Origin: a virus | Taxonomy: Duplodnaviria; Caudoviricetes | Virus record (IMG/VR): IMGVR_UViG_3300020716_000017 | Location: 1 to 39,612 of that record | Length of the DNA stretch: 39,612 nt | Reading direction: 5' to 3' (one strand) | Shown here: positions 17,136 through 27,436 of the stretch, one piece after another | Numbering within the stretch: position 1 is the stretch's first letter | How the letters are laid out: each line of letters opens with the position of its first letter | Notes under the pieces: model-generated | What the model saw: only the letters and a program-made list of their open reading frames with translations | What the model was told of the DNA's origin: nothing | Databases searched by the model: none | Translations under genes and position numbers: made by a program

Positions 17136-18125
17136 CTACTGGTCAATCGCTGGGTCAGCGTAGGTCAGCGAGCTACCAGACTCAATGCGCTGCACTGAAG
17201 CCTGACGGTAGATGCTGTAGCCACCGAGCCAGTACCAGCCCCACGGCACGAAGCGGCGGAGGTAGTCAGTGATGGGACCAGGAACAACGTGCGGCTGCTC
17301 GGTGTTTCCGTCAATCATGCTCCATGCCTTAGCAAGGGACTGACGACCAACACAGATCGTACCGTAGACGTTGGCTCCAACAGTTCCGGTTGAAGAACCG
17401 GCACCTTGGAACACTGGCGAGCGAGGGGTTTCGATGAAGCGGAAGCCCTCAAAAGCGCCAAGCTCACCGGCCCAAATCTCACCAGGCTGTGAGTAGGTGT
17501 GCGGGTCACGCCACGCAGCCGAACCAGTCTCAGACGTGAAGTCGTAAGCAACGTTCGGGTGGATGTAGGCGGTGTAGAACCCGTTGAAGTTCGGGACGTT
17601 CTGCGAGCGCAGACGAGCCTTAGCAGCACGGATGTCAGCAGCCTTGAGTGCGTCAGTCGAAGCGATCTGAACACGCGAGGTCTTGCTGTTCGTGTAAGCC
17701 ACGTTCGTTCCGGCCTTGAGCGTGTCGCGAGCAACCTCGTCAATTGAGACACCAGCGTTGTAGCCGATGACGTTGGCGACAACGGGGTCAATTTCAACGT
17801 ACGACTCACCACGCAGGGCAGCGGTCGTAAGCACGGAGTTACCGTACTCAGCGAGCGTCACCGTGACGGTGGACTGTGAGATGCTCTGCGGCGTGACATC
17901 GGTGGACTCGTTCAAAGGCGAGTTGGCGATGGCAAGGTCGCTGATGATCGGGAACGTGACAGAGGCACCCGGCATACTCTGGTTGGTCGGCTTGACATCG
18001 GCAACGTTGTCAAAGTAAAGCTCAGGACGCAGAGCGAAGCGGGCAAGACGGTCGTAAGCAGCCTGAGCAAGATACAGGTTGCCGGTGTTGGTAGAACCCA
18101 AAGGTGGGTTCGGGTAAATAGCCAT
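17136..18125 (-). CDS. Major capsid protein, N4-gp56-like (HK97 fold)
   Basis: VTVTLAEYGN, YTAYIHPNVAYD, GELGAFEGFRFIETP, TDYLRRFVPWGWY; after scaffold. Confidence 0.92.
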   Translation of the reverse strand: MAIYPNPPLGSTNTGNLYLAQAAYDRLARFALRPELYFDNVADVKPTNQSMPGASVTFPIISDLAIANSPLNESTDVTPQSISQSTVTVTLAEYGNSVLTTAALRGESYVEIDPVVANVIGYNAGVSIDEVARDTLKAGTNVAYTNSKTSRVQIASTDALKAADIRAAKARLRSQNVPNFNGFYTAYIHPNVAYDFTSETGSAAWRDPHTYSQPGEIWAGELGAFEGFRFIETPRSPVFQGAGSSTGTVGANVYGTICVGRQSLAKAWSMIDGNTEQPHVVPGPITDYLRRFVPWGWYWLGGYSIYRQASVQRIESGSSLTYADPAIDQ

Positions 18126-18159
18126 TGTTGGCCGGCTCCTTCGAGCTAGGCCCTACGGT

Positions 18160-18633
18160 TTACCGCATACCGGGAGTAAACACGCCTGACTCTCCGCCAA
18201 GCCTGTTGATGACATCCATCACTTCGTCCTTGTTTGCAGCACCTTGGATCGCAGCAAAAAACTCTTGCTCGTTGGTGGGACCGGAAACATTGGTTCCCGT
18301 TGCACCTGCGATGTTGCGGTGACGCTCAAGTTCATCTCTGACCGGATCATGCGTGTTCTCGGAGGCATGGTTCAGGATTCCGTATTCCTCAGCAGCCTTG
18401 CGGATTGCCTCGGGATCAAAGTCCCCATCGTATGCCTTGCGGAGAAGTGCGCCAGTTCCAGTCTCGGGGATTCCAGCCTTGGTGAACGCTAGTTCACGCT
18501 TCAAGGAGTCAAGTTCGGCTCTGGCCGATTCTGCTTCCTTGGCCCGTTCCCGTGACTTCCGAAGTTCTGCTCGGATGTTGGGGTCTAGGTGGTCGGTTTC
18601 CTCGTCCTGATAAATCTCGTCGGACTCAGCCAT
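18160..18633 (-). CDS. Capsid scaffolding protein
   Basis: Acidic coiled-coil 157 aa directly upstream of MCP; KRELAFTKAGI...YDGD. Confidence 0.8.
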   Translation of the reverse strand: MAESDEIYQDEETDHLDPNIRAELRKSRERAKEAESARAELDSLKRELAFTKAGIPETGTGALLRKAYDGDFDPEAIRKAAEEYGILNHASENTHDPVRDELERHRNIAGATGTNVSGPTNEQEFFAAIQGAANKDEVMDVINRLGGESGVFTPGMR

Positions 18634-18641
18634 GTCTGTCT

Positions 18642-18776
18642 CTCCTCCCGATACACATGCTCACCGGAGGGTGTGAACACGGAAAGTTGTTGGGTTTAGT
18701 TGGCATCTACACAACAAGGTTGCCAGCCCTTGTCGGGCAGCGGCCTTAGCTCGCGATCCGTGATCGGCCAAAGCTC
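18642..18776 (-). ncRNA. Structured 5' leader of the scaffold/capsid operon (candidate tandem pseudoknots)
   Basis: Three stems whose loops are complementary to downstream segments, the last to the GGAGG RBS. G.U pairs are valid only on the minus strand. Confidence 0.55.
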
Positions 18777-18787
18777 CACTGACAGTA

Positions 18788-18799
18788 AGTGTATCAGAT
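18788..18799 (-). promoter_or_regulatory. Extended -10 promoter (TGATACACT)
   Basis: TGn-TACACT in the intergenic gap before the leader; similar AT(C/A)TGATAC at 2999-3010 and 31221-31229. Confidence 0.5.
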
Positions 18800-18806
18800 T
18801 GTTGGA

Positions 18807-20219
18807 CTACTTGCCCTGACCTTCAGTTCCTGCTCGACCGATGCCAAGTCCACCCTTGACATTTTGGGTGAATCCACCACCACCTGAAAGGCCGGCAGTA
18901 CGGGCTTGAGTAGCCAACTGGACAGCAGCCTTGTCCTCAGAAGGTGTAGTGCCAAGAGGTTGATTCAGTCCAGCAAATTCAGTACCAAGGATCTGATTCA
19001 TTGACACGGTTGCCTGACCACGCTGACCAACTTGAGTCTGTTCAAGTGGCTGCAAGTCTGCTGCTTTGTTGAATCCCTGACGGAAGTAATCAAGGGGATA
19101 ACCACTGGTGGTCATTTGCGAAGCCAACTGGCCGGCAATATCTTTACCCTGACCTTGAAGGTTGAACCCTGCAAGATTGGCTTCGGTTCCGATCATGGAT
19201 GCCTGAACCTGTTTGACAATCTGGTCCGTACCCTTGTCGGGGCTAAGGACGTAAGCAAGAAGGTGTCCGGTGTCTACCCCGTACCAGTCGTGAAGAAGTT
19301 GTTTGGCATTGGAGTTGAAGTTCTGGATTGCCTCGTAACCCTTCTGGATTCGATTGGTGAGGTTGCTACCATAAATGCCGTTGGCAACAAGGTTTCCAAT
19401 TTCCTGTGGGTTCAAGAAACCAACGTCAATCTTGGCCCCACGGATCTGATCTTGAATGTCCCGAGAGTAGGTTTGATATTCCCTCTCAGTCATGCTCAAA
19501 CCCTTAGCGGCAAGCTCAGCCATGCCGGGATACGCAGCTTTGTACTCAGGGGTGTTGCGAAGTGCAGCCATTACTTCGCCGGCGTTCAAATGGTAGCCAG
19601 GGTCTGAAATCATTGACCATGCTTGAGCGCCAAGACTGTCAAGGTTCCATTCGTGAAGCGTGCCGATAACTTGAGAATAAGCCCCCAATTCTGCTGAGGC
19701 TTTCATATCGCTTACGCCAGGAGTGCCCCCACCACCCATGACAATGTTGATTGGAGAACTACCACCGCTAGGGGAGTTGCTTCCTCTAGTGGTACTGAAT
19801 GAATCCCATGAACCGCTCTTGTTGGTGAAACCGTTGATAGCCAATCCGTCAGAAAGGCTCAAACCACTTTTTCCTGCTTGGTCAATGGCGGTAGCAATGG
19901 CAGAGTAAGCATGGGTGTAGTCAGTTTGATAACCATTGCTGATCTTGCCGTAAAGATCTTTTACGGCTTGCTGAAACGCAGGGTTTGTAGAGCCACCAGG
20001 GAAAGTGTTTGCCCACATTGCAAGCGAGGCATCACCCGACCCTGCCATTGTGTTTGGGTTGCCGGGGATTAGGCCAAGACCAATGTGGTACTGCGTGCCG
20101 CTGCCCGAAGCACTAAACTGAGGACCTTGTGAGTCGCCATATGGGTTTTGAATTTTCAAAGCACGATTAGTGTGCCGACGATTTGTTGGTGCGTCAAACT
20201 TGAGTGCGAGAAGATCCAT
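18807..20219 (-). CDS. Putative internal virion (ejection) protein
   Basis: 470 aa G/Q/A-rich protein between the large internal protein and scaffold. Confidence 0.55.
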   Translation of the reverse strand: MDLLALKFDAPTNRRHTNRALKIQNPYGDSQGPQFSASGSGTQYHIGLGLIPGNPNTMAGSGDASLAMWANTFPGGSTNPAFQQAVKDLYGKISNGYQTDYTHAYSAIATAIDQAGKSGLSLSDGLAINGFTNKSGSWDSFSTTRGSNSPSGGSSPINIVMGGGGTPGVSDMKASAELGAYSQVIGTLHEWNLDSLGAQAWSMISDPGYHLNAGEVMAALRNTPEYKAAYPGMAELAAKGLSMTEREYQTYSRDIQDQIRGAKIDVGFLNPQEIGNLVANGIYGSNLTNRIQKGYEAIQNFNSNAKQLLHDWYGVDTGHLLAYVLSPDKGTDQIVKQVQASMIGTEANLAGFNLQGQGKDIAGQLASQMTTSGYPLDYFRQGFNKAADLQPLEQTQVGQRGQATVSMNQILGTEFAGLNQPLGTTPSEDKAAVQLATQARTAGLSGGGGFTQNVKGGLGIGRAGTEGQGK

Positions 20220-20848
20220 TAGAGTTTTCCTCCGCCAAAGCCATCATTGATGATTTTGCTGAATTGTGAAGCCCGTTCCTGAGCTTGTGGGCTTTGCTCC
20301 CAATTGTGTCCGGGGTGCGTCATCAAATGCTTGCGCCATTCGTCAAGCGTCATTGGAATTGGGCGATTGGTCTTGGGGTCAATGCCACCGTTGAGTGCTG
20401 CACTCCACTTGGGGTCTGACCAGTTGGGTTGCTTCATCACGGGGCCAAGCACCTGCATAGCGACCTGAACGTAGGGGTCAAGAAGGATTCGAGTAGGGAT
20501 GCCCGTTGTGATCTGTGGGGCAAAGTTTGGGTACATGCCGGCAGCGACTTGAACTGCGTATGCCTTGAATTGCTCAACGTCGCCGGTCTTAGCCCACTCG
20601 TCTAGGGCAGGGGTTGAGATCGGGATGACGTAATCATCTGCCACTCGTTGCATCTCGCCTTTGACACCGCCACCCTTTTTCTCATCAGAGGGGACAGTAG
20701 GCATGTCACCAGTCGCAGGAGCGTTGCCTTCAATTGGTCCTGTCGCTGCCGCCATTTCGGGAGTAGGCATTGGAGCCTGATCTGTAGGTGGCTGATCGGG
20801 CGAAGTCGGCGGAACAGCGTCGGGCGTGGGGGTCATCGTGTCAGTCAT
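20219..20848 (-). CDS. Putative internal virion protein
   Basis: Pro-rich N-terminus; PMTLDEWRKHL motif. Confidence 0.55.
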   Translation of the reverse strand: MTDTMTPTPDAVPPTSPDQPPTDQAPMPTPEMAAATGPIEGNAPATGDMPTVPSDEKKGGGVKGEMQRVADDYVIPISTPALDEWAKTGDVEQFKAYAVQVAAGMYPNFAPQITTGIPTRILLDPYVQVAMQVLGPVMKQPNWSDPKWSAALNGGIDPKTNRPIPMTLDEWRKHLMTHPGHNWEQSPQAQERASQFSKIINDGFGGGKL

Positions 20849-20855
20849 AGTTCCA

Positions 20856-23800
20856 TCACAGGTTGTAGAACAGGGTCATAATGATCTGCTTGAGTTCGGG
20901 GTGGGCAGGGCCAACAACTTTGCCATCTTTATCTTTGCCAGTGATCTGCTGGTCAAGCCATTGTTGCCAAGCAAGTTTGACGCTTGCGCTGTCGTTGCGG
21001 CCTGACTTCACTGTTTTCTGCATCTGATCGTAAAAACCACCAGGTTTCATGGTTGCATCAAGCAGGTAGCCGGCAAGCTGTCCTGTCGGCGTTTTGCCAT
21101 ACGGGGTTTGTTGCAGCATCTTGCCAAACTCGTCCATAGCAAGCTTCTTGCGAGCCACACTTTGCATAGCGTTGTAGTTGGAAAGCCACACTTGGTTGTG
21201 GTTCACGCCATACCAGTTGATCATGGACTGTTCCCACTTGTACGCAGCAGACTTGTCAATGGTTCGATACTGCTCGTACTGAGGCTTGATCCAGTTGTAA
21301 TAGAACGAGTTGCCCGTAGTGATCTGGAATTGATTGACAAACTCGGTTGGTGACATGCGCTGACGAAGGCCAAGGTTCAGCAGCAACGAGTAAGCAGGCT
21401 GGTAATACTTTGTGTCCTTGGACATATCGGGAGCAAGTGCCATCGCCGCCAATGGGTACTGAGTTAGAAGATCCTGATTCTTGGAGGCCCAATCAAACAT
21501 TGTCTTATTTTCAGGGACATAGCCACCGTAGACACTCTTGCTTTTAGCCATTGTGTCAATCGTCGCCCAAGGGTTGTCCATTGTAAAAGCATCAACGGCT
21601 GCGGAGTAACTGCCCTTATATTTGGGGTCTTTGACGTAGTTGTTGAGCTTGTTCACCATCTTCATGTCAGAGTTGCCAACGTTGATGCTGACTGGTGACA
21701 CCATCCCAAACGCTATCTTTGCGAACCACAAAATGCTTGCGTTTGCTCGGGAACGGTCAAGAAGGTTCTGCATTGAAGTCTGGCCGGCAGCGGTGTTCTG
21801 ATTCCAATGGTTCTGCTGCCAAGTGTAGAACGCTTCGGCTTTCTGGAAAGCAGTTGGCTTCTGCCCATTGGGAAGGCGCTGTGTACCAAGCCAATCCCAA
21901 TACTGCTTGCTTTCACTGGACACGATTTGTCGAGTCGCTTCAATCTGCGCCTGGATGTAGGCATTGTCCATGAAGTTAGGCATGGCTGTTTGACCAACGG
22001 TGTAGCCAACAGGCAACTCAATCAAGTTGCGAAGGATTGAGTTGGGGATAGCAGACTGATAAAAGAATTGCGAAGCCGTTTCGCTTTTACCGATGTGTCC
22101 TTCAAGCTCAGTTTCAGCCCATGCTCCGACTTTGGTTCTGCCGATGCCGGGATCTGAGAACTCAAGCAATTTGGTTGGGACAGTGACAACAGGACCGAAC
22201 TTGGGAGAAAGGTAATTGAGAAGCGTTTGCGGTGTTGACATAGGATCGCCGGCTTGCGAAGGCTCAGGCGAGAACGGGTCAATGGTTTGCAACGATGACA
22301 GCGAAGCGGTGAACGGCATCCCCATCAAGGAAAAACCGGGAATCGTGTACAGCGAGATACCGTTCTTGTTGGTGATGTTGCTCACCACAGTCTGAACCTC
22401 GGTCATGGCAGCGGCGTACTGCATAAACGCACCGGGGTTTTCGGCAAACAACCGACCCATACGTCGCCATGCCTGGTTCTGTGCAAAGTAGAACGGAGCG
22501 GCAACCGACATCATTTCCTCAAACTTGGTCTTGTCTGAGGGGTTGTGAATGTACTTGACCATCTTGCGAGTTGCGTTGGACTCAGCAATAACGTCTGCTT
22601 GGTCTGCGGTGATGCTGCCACGGCGAACGGCATCCTCAAGACCCTTGCGCTCAAGAACAAACTCGGCAACGTAGGTGGGCTGACGAGACAGGTAGTTCAC
22701 CATCGGGCCAAGCACCTTGACGTGACCTGCGGTGGAAAGGCGCTGGATCAGGGGGAACTTGTTGAGTGGCTCGGGGCTTCGAGTGATAACGGTTTCGGGA
22801 AACAGCTTGCGGTCAGTGTTGAGTGCGTACTTCTCGTAGAAACCGTTGACATGGCTAGGAAGGTCGTTGTTGGCAATGTCCTGCAACAATTTCAAGTGCG
22901 GGTTGGATTCGTAATTCAAGCTGGTCTGCCACGAAGCCATTGCAGGAGTACGGGTGACGACCTCGCCAGTTTGCGGATCAATCATCTCTGCTGCTCTTTG
23001 CGGAGCGGCAGTACCTTCCAACTTGTCTACGATTGAGTTAGCCCATGAGTTGATCGGGTCAACCTCACCTTTCCTTGGTGTGAAGTTTCGAGCCATTGAA
23101 ATACGGATGTCGTCAGGAAGCCTCTTGATGACATCTTCCATCTGAGACACAGCAGCGGCGTGAAGTTGTTTGCCTCTGTAGCCTTCGTTGTAAAGCTTGA
23201 GGTAAATGTTTGCTGCGGGACGACCAAGGAACTCGCTGCCAGCAAGAGTGTGCGCTCCGTAGAACCATCCCTCAAAGTAACCCTTACCACCAAACGTGGT
23301 CATGCGGAAATCGCTGCCACTCATCAGGCGAAGTTTGGTCTTGATCTGGCCTCGGTTGATGATCTTGTTGGTCTTAGGAATTGCGACTTGTTCGCCGGTA
23401 ATTGGATCGGTGGTTGTCTCTTTCTTGGTCTTGACATCCTCGTAGTAACCAGCGTCACCGTTCAGGTCAACCTCACTAAGCATTGACTGATGAATTGAAG
23501 ATGCTGCGGAAGGCAAGTAGCCACCGTGACGGTACATCAAGTATGCAGCGTTGCGAACAAATTCTTCTTTGCCAATGGCCGTGATAAGTGCTTCTTTTGC
23601 ACCAATGGCGACACCACGGGCAAGCATGTGAAGGTTGTCTGCTTCAACAGGGCTGATCTTGTAACCCTTCTTGGCAAGGTAGCTTTGAACATCAACGGGA
23701 GGCAACGTAGCGCCAAGACCTTCTGCTTCACCCTTGGGTGGCCTAATGCGCTCAACCATTGGAGCAGGAGTAGCGGCAGGGGAACGAAGCCAGTCAATAT

Positions 23801-26534
23801 GGCGCTGTAGATTTGTCAGTTCTTCTTGCTTGCGAGGCAACTGAAAATCATCTTCGGACATGCCCTTGATTTGCAAACGCAGTTCATCGGCTCGACCACG
23901 AAGTTCCTTGACCGTCTTATCTGCGTAAGCAGCGGCCTTGGCAAGTGCTTTGCGCTCTGACTTGATGTAGGAAGCAGTCATCTTGCCGGCGACCATGTTG
24001 ACTGGACCAAGGCGAGCGGTGTTCAATGCCAACTCAGACAGCGAAACTCGAAGCGCCCAACCAGGAGTCAACAGAGCCATTGGCTTGAACACTCGTTCGT
24101 TGACCCAAGCGTCAAGTTGTTCTGCCGTGACCCTGTAGCCATGAGCCATCGTGTCGGCAAAGTTGCCTTCGGGGGTGTTGAGTTTCTTTACGTTGTCAAG
24201 CAGCTTGTGGAATTCTTCTTCAAACGTGCGGAAGTCTGGCAGGTGAAGTTCGCCACGCTGGTTTTCAAGAACGGCAGCAGCACGGTTTCCGTCATTGCCA
24301 ATGACTGAAATGTCTTTGCCTTGACCATCAACACCAAAGATTGAACCTGGCTGGCCTGCATCAGAGTTGCCAACAAGTTTGTCGGTGCGTTCGGAAATGA
24401 CCTGACGCAGTTGGTGATACGTTTGTTCAAGCCCCCGAGTCTTGAGTGCAGCATCAAGCATCGCTGTCTGCTTGTCGGTGAGTTCACCACTGGCAAAAGC
24501 AGCGCGCCACTCGAGGCTGTCAAACCCAAACGAGCGCATAATGATGCGATCAATACGTTGGAAGAAGTTTTGATCAATAGCGTTCTTGACCGTGTTTTCC
24601 CATTCTCCGACGTTGTTGCTAGTGACAAGATCGTTGACAAGTTTGGTGATGTCGCCTGAGCGCATCCCCGTCTGCTGCAACAACTGTCCAAGTTTGTAAC
24701 CCGCTTGAGCGTCACCAAGACGAATGGAGTTGGTCGTGACCATCTGACGAGCTTCATCAACCGACATGGGGTTCTGGCCCAAAACACGGCTTGTCCTGCT
24801 TGCTACGTATGAATCAGACAACTTGCCCTGCATCTTGACGACACCATAAAGACCAAGCGTGGGGAGTTGACGACTCTTTGCCATCTCACCGGCATCTGCC
24901 AATTCACCGATGCGCTTAGACAAGGTGTATTCGGTTGCGTTTCTTGCCTTTGCCGCAATTGCAAGATCTTTGGCAATTGGCTCAAGGGAAGGCATGGTGC
25001 GAGCGATTGCGCCAGCAAGGTTGTCTTTGACCTCTTGCCCATACTCACCCTTAGCCATGACCATGATCTGACTCAAAGCACGGCGGTAGGAAGTGCTGTT
25101 GTTGTAAGCGATGTCAACGGCGGTTGAGTCGGCAGCAGTAAGGTAACGCTCAACGGACTTGCCATAGCCCATTGCTCGACCAATTTCAAACGGTGCGGCA
25201 ACAAGGGAAGCGATGCCATCGGTAGCGCCTGACAACCAAGTGTTCTGCTTGCCGTAAATCATTTCGCTAAGGCCACGACCAATGGTGCTGAGATCGCCAA
25301 CTGGTGCCTGTGCTTGTTTCCAAAGCTTGCCAGTTGCGTCGTCAGTAAAATAAAACGCTTGATCGGGAATTTGAAACCCTGCCATTGCCGGCGAGGTAAG
25401 AGCATCAGTAACAGCCTTGAACCCACGACCCGTCAATCGAGCGGCCATGCCAAGGGGACTGTCCATAACACCCTTGGCGCCACGGGCAACAGCACTCATT
25501 GCTTGTTGTTGACCAACTGTGCCACGCATGGCTGCTTGATCTGCAATTGCTTGTGCGTCTGTTGTAGCACTTGGAATAGCACTCTCGGCAGCGGGGATTG
25601 CGCCTTCTGCCACAGGAGCGGTGCTTGCGGCGACGGGGGCTGCGTTGGCAGCGACAACATCGGTTCCAGCGGCAGCGGCGGTTTCTGCTGCGGTAGCGCC
25701 TGCGGCATCTGCGGCAACAAGACCCATCTCAGGGTTTCCTGCGACAGAACCTGCGACAGCACCCGTTATGGCAGGAGCAAGGACGGCAAGCAAACCATCC
25801 CACCCATGCTGTTGATACCCAAGCACGGCTGCTCGATACATGTGCTGCGGAGTGTCAAACGCTTTGTTGGCTACGTTCCAAGCGGTATGGGCTACTTGAC
25901 CTGCTGCTTGAGAAAGGATGTTTGGTGTGCCTGTCCCATCAGTAGCGACCCAATACCTATTGGTTCCACCGTGGGCCTGCAAACCTTCTTTCCAATAACC
26001 GTGATCAGTCTGTTGCCCTGCTGCGTGATAGTTGTTGAACAACGCATCAACGCCGTGGGTGACTGCTTTGGGAAGGTCAATCAGCAAACCAGTTTCAATT
26101 TTGTCAACAAGGTTTCCTGCTTGTTGTTCAACCGTGATTTGCGGACCTTGACCACCTGTAAGCCAATTGGGAAGTCCTGCGTACTCGCCAAGACCGTTGA
26201 TTGCATTGATGCCGGTCTTGAAAGCACTGTTTGTAAAGTCGTTGGCAGCGTTGTACAGGTTGCCGGGGATCTGCCAAGGCGTTTCGTTCTGAGTTTGAAC
26301 ACCAGCTTCTTTTAGTTGCTGAGCCTGCTGCTGTGTTGCTACATGAAGATCCCGTGCGCCGGCAAGGTTCTCAGCGCCGTGAACAATGTCCATCCCCCAC
26401 TGGCCAATGTCGCCAAGCCAGTTGCCAGCGTCCTTACGAATGTTGATACCACGACCGGGATCGCTAGGGTAGACAGGCGTTTGAGGCGGAGGGGGCGCTG
26501 CTGCGTATTCTCCACGACCGGAACCACCAGGCAT
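20856..26534 (-). CDS. Large internal virion / DNA-ejection protein (1892 aa)
   Basis: Very long helical protein downstream of portal; no tape-measure context. Confidence 0.65.
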   Translation of the reverse strand: MPGGSGRGEYAAAPPPPQTPVYPSDPGRGINIRKDAGNWLGDIGQWGMDIVHGAENLAGARDLHVATQQQAQQLKEAGVQTQNETPWQIPGNLYNAANDFTNSAFKTGINAINGLGEYAGLPNWLTGGQGPQITVEQQAGNLVDKIETGLLIDLPKAVTHGVDALFNNYHAAGQQTDHGYWKEGLQAHGGTNRYWVATDGTGTPNILSQAAGQVAHTAWNVANKAFDTPQHMYRAAVLGYQQHGWDGLLAVLAPAITGAVAGSVAGNPEMGLVAADAAGATAAETAAAAGTDVVAANAAPVAASTAPVAEGAIPAAESAIPSATTDAQAIADQAAMRGTVGQQQAMSAVARGAKGVMDSPLGMAARLTGRGFKAVTDALTSPAMAGFQIPDQAFYFTDDATGKLWKQAQAPVGDLSTIGRGLSEMIYGKQNTWLSGATDGIASLVAAPFEIGRAMGYGKSVERYLTAADSTAVDIAYNNSTSYRRALSQIMVMAKGEYGQEVKDNLAGAIARTMPSLEPIAKDLAIAAKARNATEYTLSKRIGELADAGEMAKSRQLPTLGLYGVVKMQGKLSDSYVASRTSRVLGQNPMSVDEARQMVTTNSIRLGDAQAGYKLGQLLQQTGMRSGDITKLVNDLVTSNNVGEWENTVKNAIDQNFFQRIDRIIMRSFGFDSLEWRAAFASGELTDKQTAMLDAALKTRGLEQTYHQLRQVISERTDKLVGNSDAGQPGSIFGVDGQGKDISVIGNDGNRAAAVLENQRGELHLPDFRTFEEEFHKLLDNVKKLNTPEGNFADTMAHGYRVTAEQLDAWVNERVFKPMALLTPGWALRVSLSELALNTARLGPVNMVAGKMTASYIKSERKALAKAAAYADKTVKELRGRADELRLQIKGMSEDDFQLPRKQEELTNLQRHIDWLRSPAATPAPMVERIRPPKGEAEGLGATLPPVDVQSYLAKKGYKISPVEADNLHMLARGVAIGAKEALITAIGKEEFVRNAAYLMYRHGGYLPSAASSIHQSMLSEVDLNGDAGYYEDVKTKKETTTDPITGEQVAIPKTNKIINRGQIKTKLRLMSGSDFRMTTFGGKGYFEGWFYGAHTLAGSEFLGRPAANIYLKLYNEGYRGKQLHAAAVSQMEDVIKRLPDDIRISMARNFTPRKGEVDPINSWANSIVDKLEGTAAPQRAAEMIDPQTGEVVTRTPAMASWQTSLNYESNPHLKLLQDIANNDLPSHVNGFYEKYALNTDRKLFPETVITRSPEPLNKFPLIQRLSTAGHVKVLGPMVNYLSRQPTYVAEFVLERKGLEDAVRRGSITADQADVIAESNATRKMVKYIHNPSDKTKFEEMMSVAAPFYFAQNQAWRRMGRLFAENPGAFMQYAAAMTEVQTVVSNITNKNGISLYTIPGFSLMGMPFTASLSSLQTIDPFSPEPSQAGDPMSTPQTLLNYLSPKFGPVVTVPTKLLEFSDPGIGRTKVGAWAETELEGHIGKSETASQFFYQSAIPNSILRNLIELPVGYTVGQTAMPNFMDNAYIQAQIEATRQIVSSESKQYWDWLGTQRLPNGQKPTAFQKAEAFYTWQQNHWNQNTAAGQTSMQNLLDRSRANASILWFAKIAFGMVSPVSINVGNSDMKMVNKLNNYVKDPKYKGSYSAAVDAFTMDNPWATIDTMAKSKSVYGGYVPENKTMFDWASKNQDLLTQYPLAAMALAPDMSKDTKYYQPAYSLLLNLGLRQRMSPTEFVNQFQITTGNSFYYNWIKPQYEQYRTIDKSAAYKWEQSMINWYGVNHNQVWLSNYNAMQSVARKKLAMDEFGKMLQQTPYGKTPTGQLAGYLLDATMKPGGFYDQMQKTVKSGRNDSASVKLAWQQWLDQQITGKDKDGKVVGPAHPELKQIIMTLFYNL

Positions 26535-26821
26535 TACTGCCTCCTACCGTGTTCAGCCTGCATACTGCGAATGAGGCTGGAATACATTGCAGGGTTCTCT
26601 TGAGCGTGCTGATGTACAGACTGTGCTACAGCGTGTACAAGTTGCAACGCACCAACCATCTGAGCATTGCTTTCTACGTCGCCACCCTGCTTTGCAATGG
26701 CTACAACAAGATCGGGGTGCTGCTTGAGTGTTGGCGCTGCTTTAAGAACTCGATCAATTTCAACCGCCATGTTGTCATGGAACGGAGCGTTGCTCGGGTT
26801 CGGAACATCAGTCGGAGTCAT
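26534..26821 (-). CDS. Hypothetical protein
   Basis: Coupled ORF, 95 aa. Confidence 0.7.
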   Translation of the reverse strand: MTPTDVPNPSNAPFHDNMAVEIDRVLKAAPTLKQHPDLVVAIAKQGGDVESNAQMVGALQLVHAVAQSVHQHAQENPAMYSSLIRSMQAEHGRRQ

Positions 26822-27285
26822 ACAAGCGTCTTAGCGTAGGCAGCAAGCTCCTGAACCTGTCGAGTCGCCATTGACGATGTAGCGGCCTGCTCAAGAACAT
26901 TTGAGATTTGTGCCATTGGGTTGCTTGCCATCGTTGGCGAATCGGGAGTGTTTGCGATTGGTTCTTTGGGAGGATGTGGTGCTGGTGCAAACAAATCGTA
27001 CTGAGCAAGATCCTCACGGGTGGGCGGAGTTACCATTGACTGACCCTGTGGTGCCTGCATTGGTGCCTGTGGTGCGTTCTGCGGGGCGCTAGGAGGCGGA
27101 GTGGGAGTTTGTACCCCTGCCATTGGAACGGCCCTTTGAGCGGCTTCCTGAGCAGCAGCCTGTCCGTAGGGTTGACCGGGAGCGGTAGTGATCGGCTCGG
27201 GGCCACGGGCGTTCAAATCTGCGCGGTTGGAGTAGGCAGTCTGTGACGACCCCTCGACCTTGCCACCACGACCCTTACGAGGCAT
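26818..27285 (-). CDS. Pro/Gln-rich hypothetical virion protein
   Basis: MPRKGRGG...YSNRADL...GQPYGQ; GAGG RBS. Confidence 0.75.
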   Translation of the reverse strand: MPRKGRGGKVEGSSQTAYSNRADLNARGPEPITTAPGQPYGQAAAQEAAQRAVPMAGVQTPTPPPSAPQNAPQAPMQAPQGQSMVTPPTREDLAQYDLFAPAPHPPKEPIANTPDSPTMASNPMAQISNVLEQAATSSMATRQVQELAAYAKTLV

Positions 27286-27436
27286 TGTGATTCCTCAAGT
27301 GGTTTTCAAAAGCAAGTGAGATGATTTTGCGACGGTAGGCGCATGGCCCGCAAACGCTCGGTGTCTCATCACCTGCGACAAGCGGATCTACAAACAGATA
27401 GCCCGACCACTCGTCGCAATGCCAACACTGTCCCAC
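27275..27436 (-). CDS. Small zinc-finger protein (53 aa)
   Basis: GTG overlapping the portal stop; CWHC...CGPC. Confidence 0.55.
   Translation of the reverse strand: MGQCWHCDEWSGYLFVDPLVAGDETPSVCGPCAYRRKIISLAFENHLRNHNAS

Noticed and set aside
25314-26315. Long plus-strand shadow ORFs across 1-32 kb
   Set aside because: Antisense to well-supported genes, with no RBS or recognisable motifs.
20856-26534. Virion RNA polymerase or tape-measure protein
   Set aside because: No DFDGD or single-subunit RNAP motifs recognised, and no tail tube or chaperone genes nearby.
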